DNA from: a virus
Length of the DNA: 50,858 bases
Virus record (IMG/VR): IMGVR_UViG_3300020215_000011
Strand: one strand, 5' to 3'
How positions within the stretch are numbered: position 1 is the stretch's first letter; every line of letters begins with the position of its first letter. Of this stretch, positions 7,126-13,032 are shown in pieces. The translations under genes were made by a program, and so were the position numbers. The notes under the pieces were generated by a model. It did no database searches. It was not told the origin of the DNA and was given only the letters and a program-made list of their open reading frames with translations.

Positions 7126-7329
7126 TCACGCCTGTCCCCTCATCCACCGCGCGAACGCCGCCACCTCTGCGTCGTCGGCAACGTCGGCGGCCTTGTCGCC
7201 TGCCATCGCGGCGAACAGCGCGTGGACACTCTCCTCGGCGATCACACGCCGGCCGTCCTCGAGCACGTGGCACAGCACGTCCACGCCGAACAAGCGGAAC
7301 GACGCCGACCGCACGGCCTGCGTGCTCAC
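7126..7329 (-). CDS. Hypothetical protein (67 aa)
   Basis: GTG start, GAAGGGG upstream, GTGA overlap. Confidence 0.5.
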   Translation of the reverse strand: MSTQAVRSASFRLFGVDVLCHVLEDGRRVIAEESVHALFAAMAGDKAADVADDAEVAAFARWMRGQA

Positions 7330-7478
7330 GCCCGCCCCTTCCGCGCATCGCGCTCGCGCCGCCACACCTCGAGCGGGTCCGCCGTCCCGCGCGCAGCGCG
7401 CCCCTTCGGCCGCTGAAGCCCCGCCAGCGTCACCACGGAGCAACTGGCGAGGACGAACAGCAGGAGGAGGTACTTCAT
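7326..7478 (-). CDS. Small lipoprotein (50 aa)
   Basis: MKYLLLLFVLASC lipobox; hairpin 7480-7494 1 nt upstream. Confidence 0.55.
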   Translation of the reverse strand: MKYLLLLFVLASCSVVTLAGLQRPKGRAARGTADPLEVWRRERDARKGRA

Positions 7479-7651
7479 GGGCGCCCTTCGGGCGAGGCGG
7501 CGCGCTCGTGCCGCACCGTCGCGTCCCACGCCTCGTTGTAGGAGTCGTGCGGCCCGCCTTCGTCGCCGCAGGAGCACGCCCACCAGTAGTGCTGCCGACA
7601 TCCAGGCTTCGGCTCGCGAATCTCGGTGGCGTGCGCGTTGTCCGACGTCAT
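7475..7651 (-). CDS. Hypothetical protein (58 aa)
   Basis: ATGA overlaps at both ends. Confidence 0.5.
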   Translation of the reverse strand: MTSDNAHATEIREPKPGCRQHYWWACSCGDEGGPHDSYNEAWDATVRHERAASPEGRP

Positions 7652-7824
7652 CGCACGCGCCGGTAGTCGAGTAACGCCACCACGGGCACCGTGCCGTACG
7701 GCACCCACTCCTGAATCATCCGCTCCAGCTTGACGAGCGTCGCCGTCGCGCCATCGACCTTAACGACACGCATGAGGCCGACAGACGTTTCAAACCTGTC
7801 CCCGACACGCACGGTGGCGTTCAC
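7648..7824 (-). CDS. Hypothetical protein (58 aa)
   Basis: GTG start in a GTGA overlap. Confidence 0.5.
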   Translation of the reverse strand: MNATVRVGDRFETSVGLMRVVKVDGATATLVKLERMIQEWVPYGTVPVVALLDYRRVR

Positions 7825-8069
7825 GCCCGGCTCCACGTCTCGAAGATCAGCCGGGCGGCGTCTTCGGCCGAGATCCAGCCCCACGCGGCCGGCGCGTTAA
7901 TCAGACGACGCGGCCGACCAATCGGAGTGTCGAAGGCCGTCTCATGAGCCCTCGGGGCGCAGCGAAGGTCTGCAACCTGTACTTGAAAGTCGCCGCGCTC
8001 CGCCCGATCACCCGTCAGCCACAGATACTCCGGCTTGACCTCGATCGACACGTACGGAGTCCAGTTCAT
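7821..8069 (-). CDS. Hypothetical protein (82 aa)
   Basis: ORF track; GGAGGG upstream of the ATG. Confidence 0.6.
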   Translation of the reverse strand: MNWTPYVSIEVKPEYLWLTGDRAERGDFQVQVADLRCAPRAHETAFDTPIGRPRRLINAPAAWGWISAEDAARLIFETWSRA

Positions 8070-8072
8070 GTC

Positions 8073-8342
8073 TCACGCCCTCCGTCGGGACGTCTGAGGT
8101 TTTCCGTCGCGCAGCGACGCCCGCATGAGGGGCTTCCGCACGTCGAGCCGCTTCCAGGCGTCGTACGAGTGAATGCGGAACACATTGGAGACGTGGGACG
8201 GGGCGCCGGCCTCGCCGCTCGGCACAAGCACGCCTGCGGGCGAGGTCGTCACCGCACCGGCCGATTCCGGCCCGCTTCTTCGGGGCGACGTCCCGTGAGG
8301 TCCGTATGACGATGACGCACGCGTATGACGTCGTGTGCTCAT
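8073..8342 (-). CDS. Hypothetical protein (up to 89 aa; true start may be internal)
   Basis: The first ~15 codons have low GC3; coding-like GC3 only from about 8250 downward. Confidence 0.4.
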   Translation of the reverse strand: MSTRRHTRASSSYGPHGTSPRRSGPESAGAVTTSPAGVLVPSGEAGAPSHVSNVFRIHSYDAWKRLDVRKPLMRASLRDGKPQTSRRRA

Positions 8343-8345
8343 GGA

Positions 8346-8588
8346 TTACAGCCGCCCCATTCCCGTAATCCCGACGTGCGCTGGCGCAGCATCCTGTGCT
8401 TCCACGATGCTGAGGGCGTACATGGTGAGTTTCCGAGCGAACCGCGAGGGTTCTTCCGACCGCCGCCGCGCCGCCGCGACGATCCGGCGCCAGTCCGACG
8501 GCGTGTACCGGATCGAGTGCGGCTCCATCGACTCCATCGGCGGCAGCGCCTCGGCACGCGCGAGCGGCTTACGGTCAGCGTTCGCCAT
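8346..8588 (-). CDS. Ribbon-helix-helix-like DNA-binding protein (80 aa)
   Basis: ..IRYTPSDWRRIVAAARRRSEEPSRFARKLTMYAL.. resembles RHH/MobC-type folds; TGATG coupling. Confidence 0.5.
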   Translation of the reverse strand: MANADRKPLARAEALPPMESMEPHSIRYTPSDWRRIVAAARRRSEEPSRFARKLTMYALSIVEAQDAAPAHVGITGMGRL

Positions 8589-8824
8589 CACGCCGCTCGC
8601 GTCCGTGAACGCCGACGTTCCTCGCGCAGCAGCGCCCGCTCAGCCGCGATCCACGTCGGTGCCGCGACGAGCAGCCCGCGCAACACACGCGAGAAGTGGC
8701 CGACGTCCTTCTTGGCCTTGCGCGCAAGCGTGTTCTGCGACCAGCCGAGGGCACGCGCGCGGGCCACCAGCTCCAAGCGTTTTGCGTCGATCTCAGCGGG
8801 TGTTCGGGGTACTGTTGCGGTCAT
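8588..8824 (-). CDS. Cro-like HTH protein, first gene of the leftward arc (78 aa)
   Basis: ..LGWSQNTLARKAKKDVGHFSRVLRG.. HTH-like; ATG lies 9 nt after a -10-like hexamer with no SD (near-leaderless). Confidence 0.6.
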   Translation of the reverse strand: MTATVPRTPAEIDAKRLELVARARALGWSQNTLARKAKKDVGHFSRVLRGLLVAAPTWIAAERALLREERRRSRTRAA

Positions 8825-8833
8825 CGTTGGGGG

Positions 8834-8862
8834 AGTATCTACGAATCTTCCGTAGGTGTCAA
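8834..8862 (-). promoter_or_regulatory. Candidate leftward early promoter (TTGACA-17 nt-GATACT)
   Basis: Minus strand reads TTGACA (8862-8857), a 17-nt spacer, then GATACT (8839-8834), 9 nt before ATG 8824. Confidence 0.45.
8839..8855. promoter_or_regulatory. Operator-like palindrome O1 (CTACGAATCTTCCGTAG)
   Basis: Fills the promoter spacer; core ACGAA-N3-TCCGT is one mismatch from O2. Confidence 0.5.
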
Positions 8863-8874
8863 CGAAAAATTCGT
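8862..8874. promoter_or_regulatory. Operator-like perfect palindrome O2 (ACGAAAAATTCGT)
   Basis: 13-bp perfect palindrome abutting the -35 and overlapping the GTG 8873 start of the plus-strand gene. Confidence 0.5.
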
Positions 8875-9352
8875 GGGAGAGCGTCTGTCCCGAAAATCGC
8901 GGGAGTACACGGCCTCGGTCCCTTGGGCCGCCGCAGTCGCTCTCGCCGGGAGCGAGGAGACGCTGAAGGCTGGCGTCCCTTACTCGACGTGGAAGGGCTG
9001 GGAGAACGATGACCGGGTGCCGGCCTACGTCATCCTACCGATCGTTCTCCAGAGGTACGTCCCGCAGCACGGCACCGATAGTGGGCAATCATCTACCCAT
9101 TCGGCTCAGAAGTTGCCTGACTCCGCCCCGACCGATCCAGCCTACGCCGAATGGGAGCGAAACATGGCCGATGTGGCGTACCAACACATCTGGAGGCAGG
9201 TGTCGCTGATCTATCGGTTAAGACAAACCGACCATCTGAGATGGGATCTGCTGCAAGGGATGCTCGCGAACCTGACCGCCGGTCTTGACAAGACAATCGA
9301 CGACAATCGTAAAGTAGAAACTCCGGGGAAATCTGGCACGACCGGGGATTAA
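8873..9352 (+). CDS. Putative CI-like repressor (159 aa)
   Basis: Divergent from the cro-like gene; ..LKAGVPYSTWKGWENDDRVPAYVILPIVL.. HTH-like; GTG is the first start codon after the switch region, with no SD; lower GC3 than the rest of the genome. Confidence 0.5.
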   Translation: MGERLSRKSREYTASVPWAAAVALAGSEETLKAGVPYSTWKGWENDDRVPAYVILPIVLQRYVPQHGTDSGQSSTHSAQKLPDSAPTDPAYAEWERNMADVAYQHIWRQVSLIYRLRQTDHLRWDLLQGMLANLTAGLDKTIDDNRKVETPGKSGTTGD

Positions 9353-9387
9353 CTGGCTGGGCGTTCATTCACCGGGGAGGGGGCGAC

Positions 9388-9639
9388 ATGATGACGCTGA
9401 CCATCCTTCTCTGCACCGTCGTTCTGCTATCAGGATGTGCCGCCGCGCTGACGCCCGCCCAGCAGCGCGGCCACCTCTTTGCCGAGGCCTGTACGAAAGA
9501 GACCGGCTACGCGATGAACTACGCGGTTTACCCCGATGGCAGCGTCCGAACCCTCGAGGGCAGTAACGCAGGCGCCCACGATCGCTGGATGCGCTGCATG
9601 AACCGGAGCGGGTACAACTTCCCGGGGGTCGGGCGATGA
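9388..9639 (+). CDS. Lipoprotein (83 aa)
   Basis: MMTLTILLCTVVLLSGC lipobox; GGGGAGGGGG upstream. Confidence 0.7.
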   Translation: MMTLTILLCTVVLLSGCAAALTPAQQRGHLFAEACTKETGYAMNYAVYPDGSVRTLEGSNAGAHDRWMRCMNRSGYNFPGVGR

Positions 9640-9791
9640 AGATCAACGCAGACGTCGGGACGGCGCTGTTCTGGGGACTAGTGTTCGCCCTGATCGTGTT
9701 CCTGTCGGGCTGTGCGTCACGCGACATGGCGACACACAAGTGTGCCGATGCGCCCCGGGATTCCGCCTGGGCGCGGTCGAACTGCCGCTAG
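9636..9791 (+). CDS. Small lipoprotein (51 aa)
   Basis: Hand-translated MKINADVGTALFWGLVFALIVFLSGCASRD...; ATGA overlap with the previous gene. Confidence 0.55.
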   Translation: MKINADVGTALFWGLVFALIVFLSGCASRDMATHKCADAPRDSAWARSNCR

Positions 9792-10003
9792 GGCTGCTGG
9801 CAGCGGGCGGGGTCCTCGCCCCGCATGACGCTCAGCGTTAAGCAGTTCCGCACGTAGGCGTCCACGACGCCGATCACCCAGCTCTGGAACGACGCCGCGT
9901 CATTCGCCCGGGGGGCGAGGGTCAGCGGGGGCTTGACGCTTGAGTTCCCGGCGCAGGAGGTCAACCACAGCGCGCTGACGAGCAGCGCGCACGTCGTCGT
10001 CAC
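9788..10003 (-). CDS. o-spanin-like outer-membrane lipoprotein (71 aa), overlapped architecture
   Basis: VTTTCALLVSALWLTSC lipobox; starts inside the i-spanin gene in another frame and ends beyond it. Confidence 0.6.
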   Translation of the reverse strand: MTTTCALLVSALWLTSCAGNSSVKPPLTLAPRANDAASFQSWVIGVVDAYVRNCLTLSVMRGEDPARCQQP

Positions 10004-10157
10004 GCGCCAGCGTCTCCGCGATCTTTCGCTCGGTCTCGAGCGCGGCCTGGGCGTCGTCACGCTGCTGGCTCGTGCGTCCGTGCCGGTGCTGCTGCCACGC
10101 CGCCAGGAGCGGCATGACGAACCCTTCGACCAGTGCCCTGAGCCATCCCCAGGTCAC
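9900..10157 (-). CDS. i-spanin-like protein (85 aa)
   Basis: N-terminal hydrophobic segment then a charged helical region; GTGA overlap with the holin-like gene. Confidence 0.55.
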   Translation of the reverse strand: MTWGWLRALVEGFVMPLLAAWQQHRHGRTSQQRDDAQAALETERKIAETLARDDDVRAARQRAVVDLLRRELKRQAPADPRPPGE

Positions 10158-10333
10158 TTCTTGTCGCGGGTCAGGATGCCGACGAGCGCCGGCACTGCCA
10201 GCAGGAACCAATCGCCCCAGCTCGCGGGCGCCTGGCACCCGAACGAGTTCCAGAGCCACACGGCGACGGCTGTGCCCGTCACCCCGATCGTCGTCGTTCT
10301 CCAGCCCGTCAGCCGCGTCATCACACCGTTCAT
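10154..10333 (-). CDS. Holin-like two-TMD protein (59 aa)
   Basis: Hand-translated MNGVMTRLTGWRTTTIGVTGTAVAVWLWNSFGCQAPASWGDWFLLAVPALVGILTRDKK; AAAGGGGAG upstream. Confidence 0.5.
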   Translation of the reverse strand: MNGVMTRLTGWRTTTIGVTGTAVAVWLWNSFGCQAPASWGDWFLLAVPALVGILTRDKK

Positions 10334-10569
10334 GGTTTCTCCCCTTTCGGTTGTCGGTCAGAAGCAAGGTCGCGGGACGCCTCGCCGACGCCCAGCACCT
10401 CGATCACGGGGGTCGTGGGGTGTTCGCCCTTGCTGTATTCGGTCGCGAGTTCCCCGATCAGCGTGCTGAGGTTGGCGAGCGCGCCGGCGATCCCGTCGCG
10501 GTTGTCATCGGCCAGCGGAAGGAACTCCGCGTTGAACTGGAAGCGCATCAGGAGTTGCGGGACGGGCAT
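10330..10569 (-). CDS. Hypothetical protein (79 aa)
   Basis: Internal ATG; ATGA overlap downstream. Confidence 0.55.
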   Translation of the reverse strand: MPVPQLLMRFQFNAEFLPLADDNRDGIAGALANLSTLIGELATEYSKGEHPTTPVIEVLGVGEASRDLASDRQPKGEKP

Positions 10570-10643
10570 TAGTGGCACTCCCGGCAGCGGCCGCATTTCA
10601 CACAGGTCAGCGTCCGGCGTTCGCAGCGGAAACACTCGCTCAC
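10569..10643 (-). CDS. Cys-rich micro-ORF A (24 aa, 7 Cys)
   Basis: VSECFRCERRTLTCVKCGRCRECH; GTGA overlap upstream, TAATG overlap downstream; GC3 about 20/24. Confidence 0.35.
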   Translation of the reverse strand: MSECFRCERRTLTCVKCGRCRECH

Positions 10644-10798
10644 AGGCCGTTCACCAGGGCGCAGGCGGTCGGGTGCTCCTGCCGGTAGGCGACGAGCGCG
10701 GTAATCACGGCATCGACCGACTTGGCGTCGAGCCCCGTGCGCTCCGCGACGATCATCAGCATCTGCCCGTACACGCGGTCCTCCGGGTCATCGGTCAC
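10640..10798 (-). CDS. Hypothetical protein (52 aa)
   Basis: GTG in a GTGA overlap with the phosphoesterase stop. Confidence 0.5.
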   Translation of the reverse strand: MTDDPEDRVYGQMLMIVAERTGLDAKSVDAVITALVAYRQEHPTACALVNGL

Positions 10799-11685
10799 AC
10801 CGTCACCTCGATCTCTGGCGCCCATGTCGCGCCGTCCGGGCGGCCGTGGCCGTGGCGCGAGCAGTCCAGCCGCGGCGTGATGTAGACGAGCGGGGCGCCG
10901 AGCGTGGCCGGGCGCATCATGCCCTGCTCGACATACCCGCCCATCGGCACGTTCCCCTGCTTCGACTTGTGCATCCAGCCGCGGGAGAAGCCGCCCGTGT
11001 TCACCAGATGCACCCGCTTGTGGACGAGGGCCGGGCCGCCCCGCCCCTTCCACCGGACGATCACCCGTTCGATGGGGGCCACCGACGACTTCGTGGTGTG
11101 GCCCATCAGGTAGATGTCCGCGGATGGGAACGACGCCGCCATGTCCTCGATCTTCCCGAGCGGCCCGCCCGCCTTCTGACCGCCGCCGCAGCCGTGGTGC
11201 GCCCAGAGCGTCACCGGGAGCCGCGCCCCGCCGATCGAGAATTGCAGCCGGACATAGGCGCTCGTCCCGAGGAACGGGGCGTCGAGAAGCTGGCACAGCC
11301 GCTGGTCCGTCGTCTCCCCCGTCTTCATCAGCGTGTAGTGGTGGCCGTGCAGCAGGCCGAGCCACCGCCCCTTGGTCGGCTTCAGGTAGAGCTCGAACAG
11401 CTCGAGCACGAGATCCAGCGCCTTGTCGTCGATCACGTCCTCGGCGGTGTCGTAGAGGGCCGCCGAGCGCAGGCGCTGGCGGTTGGACGGACTGGCGAAG
11501 TCGATGTAGTCCCCGAGGCCGACGAACCACGCATTCCGCTCCATGCAGCGGTCGATGTGCCGCTTCAGGAGATCCTTGGCCGTCGAGCCCCGAGGCCCCG
11601 CCCACTGGATGTCACCGATCGGCGCGATGACGACCGGGGTGTGGTCGCCCTGCTTCCTTTTGATGTCAAAGGACGCGAGCTCCAC
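10795..11685 (-). CDS. Calcineurin-like metallophosphoesterase (296 aa)
   Basis: GDIQW.., GLGDYID, LLHGHH, LMGHT metal-ligand-like motifs in the expected order. Confidence 0.7.
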   Translation of the reverse strand: MELASFDIKRKQGDHTPVVIAPIGDIQWAGPRGSTAKDLLKRHIDRCMERNAWFVGLGDYIDFASPSNRQRLRSAALYDTAEDVIDDKALDLVLELFELYLKPTKGRWLGLLHGHHYTLMKTGETTDQRLCQLLDAPFLGTSAYVRLQFSIGGARLPVTLWAHHGCGGGQKAGGPLGKIEDMAASFPSADIYLMGHTTKSSVAPIERVIVRWKGRGGPALVHKRVHLVNTGGFSRGWMHKSKQGNVPMGGYVEQGMMRPATLGAPLVYITPRLDCSRHGHGRPDGATWAPEIEVTV

Positions 11686-11826
11686 CTACTTCGGCTTCTT
11701 CTTCCGGCGGCGGTGCTGATGCGGGCAGTCCGACTCGGCGTGGCACTCGTCCACAGCGTCGGCGGGATCGGTGCTCACCACGCGGTAATCAAGCGGACAT
11801 GGGGCCGTCATCCCGTCCTCCGTCAT
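11686..11826 (-). CDS. Hypothetical small protein (46 aa)
   Basis: Internal ATG with ATGA overlap. Confidence 0.45.
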   Translation of the reverse strand: MTEDGMTAPCPLDYRVVSTDPADAVDECHAESDCPHQHRRRKKKPK

Positions 11827-11987
11827 CGCGAACACCGGACTTCGATCTCCACGCCCTTGTCGCCACCGAGCCACGTCATGGACATCCGCACGCGGTCCTC
11901 GGGACACCCCGCCGCCACGACGGCCTGCCGCAGCAGCTTGGTAGCCTCGTCGAGCCCGTCGTTCACCGGGAACGTCGCCTGGATCAT
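11823..11987 (-). CDS. Hypothetical protein (54 aa; alternative start 12011)
   Basis: ATG 11987 overlaps the stop of micro-ORF B (TGATG); GC3 favours the micro-ORF frame upstream of it. Confidence 0.5.
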   Translation of the reverse strand: MIQATFPVNDGLDEATKLLRQAVVAAGCPEDRVRMSMTWLGGDKGVEIEVRCSR

Positions 11988-12073
11988 CAGCGCGAGGAGC
12001 AGTGCCCGCATCGCTTCTCCCGGCACCGCTGGCAGAGGATGCGGCGGTCGCAGCCGCACGCGGAGCACTTCAT
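11987..12073 (-). CDS. Cys-rich micro-ORF B (28 aa, 7 Cys)
   Basis: MKCSACGCDRRILCQRCREKRCGHCSSR; ATGA and TGATG coupling; GC3 27/28; resembles micro-ORF A. Confidence 0.4.
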   Translation of the reverse strand: MKCSACGCDRRILCQRCREKRCGHCSSR

Positions 12074-12144
12074 AGCCACCGGAGCACCATCCACGAGATG
12101 AACCCGGTGACGGCCCCAGTGAGCGCGCACCGCCACAGGCTCAA
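12070..12144 (-). CDS. Possible 24-aa hydrophobic peptide (TTG start)
   Basis: TTGA overlap upstream, ATGA downstream; GC3 22/24. Confidence 0.3.
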   Translation of the reverse strand: MSLWRCALTGAVTGFISWMVLRWL

Positions 12145-12344
12145 AACATCCCCGCGTCGCTGGAGGCCCAGAAGTCGTCCGCGCGCTCCTGCTCCGTCAG
12201 CCGCTCGGAGACCTTCCCGCGGTGGAAGAAGTCGCAGTAGATGCGGTTCGCCGCCGCCCAGTCCTCGCCGGCCGTGGCGACGTGATGCGGACACAGCGCG
12301 GTGTCGCTGTAGAGCTCCAGCCCGCAGGCGGCGCAGAGGCTCAC
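12141..12344 (-). CDS. Cys/His-containing small protein (67 aa)
   Basis: GTG in a GTGA overlap; VSLCAACGLELYSDTALCPHH.. Confidence 0.5.
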   Translation of the reverse strand: MSLCAACGLELYSDTALCPHHVATAGEDWAAANRIYCDFFHRGKVSERLTEQERADDFWASSDAGMF

Positions 12345-12745
12345 GCCGACTCCCAGACGTTCTCGATGACGAGCCAGTGCGGCTTGCGCGCCTGCCGGAA
12401 CTTCTCCATCAGGGCGTCGAGCGCCAGCTTCGATCCGAGGATCTTGCCGTCCCCGCGGATGCGCCCGACGAGGATGCACCCCGAGGTGTCCTCCGGGACG
12501 TTGCCGGCGTGGATGCGGATGCCCTCGAAGGCGGGGACGTTCAGGACGTGCGGCAGCGGCTGCTTGAAGCGCGGGGAGTAGTCCACCACCACCTCGTAGC
12601 GCCCCTCCGGGATCGCCGTCTTCCCCGGAATCTTTACGTCGCGCACGACGTCCTCGAGCGTGAAGCACTCCCACACGCCGTCCAGATAGAGCTCGCCGAT
12701 CGTGGCGTCCTTCTCCACCCAGCGACGCTTGACCGAGAGGTTCAC
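12341..12745 (-). CDS. DUF5675-like protein with YkuD-like ..IHAGN..DTSGCILVG motif; candidate cell-wall enzyme
   Basis: TIGELYLDG..CFTLED...IPEGRYEV...VPAFEGIRIHAGNVPEDTSGCILVG pattern recalled for DUF5675. Confidence 0.6.
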   Translation of the reverse strand: MNLSVKRRWVEKDATIGELYLDGVWECFTLEDVVRDVKIPGKTAIPEGRYEVVVDYSPRFKQPLPHVLNVPAFEGIRIHAGNVPEDTSGCILVGRIRGDGKILGSKLALDALMEKFRQARKPHWLVIENVWESA

Positions 12746-13032
12746 CGGCCGCGCTCCTCCAGGATCGGACAGTGCCGTTGGAGGTGGTGCAGATCACGCT
12801 CGAGCACCGCCACTTTCGTCACGAGCGGCTGCAACTGATCACGGATCTCGTGGCGGCTCTCCACGAGTTCCTTGCGGAGTTCCTTGATGTCCTCACGCAG
12901 ATCAGCGAGCGGGGACGGCCCCGTTTTCGTGCGGCCCCGGACGAGGACGGTGACAAGCGAGCCGAGCGCGGTCACGAAACCGGCGACGCCGTACCAGCCG
13001 CCTTCAGGGGGCACCACGGATGGGTCACTCAT
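12742..13032 (-). CDS. Membrane-anchored coiled-coil protein (96 aa)
   Basis: ORF track; one hydrophobic segment then heptad-like charged sequence. Confidence 0.6.
   Translation of the reverse strand: MSDPSVVPPEGGWYGVAGFVTALGSLVTVLVRGRTKTGPSPLADLREDIKELRKELVESRHEIRDQLQPLVTKVAVLERDLHHLQRHCPILEERGR

Noticed and set aside
6035-7348. Long Arg/Gly/Pro-rich N-terminal extensions of many track ORFs (e.g. integrase to 7348, 16457..17860, 24930..26288, 41173..42927, 46514..47704, 35180..37117)
   Set aside because: The extensions overlap upstream genes, have junk-like composition, and internal starts with SD sequences or NTGA coupling give products matching known family lengths.
9905-9917. CGCCC-GGG-GGGCG hairpin at the i-spanin C-terminus
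   Set aside because: It has the same stem as the start-associated family, but no start codon follows it and it lies outside the early arc. It could be chance in GC-rich coding sequence.
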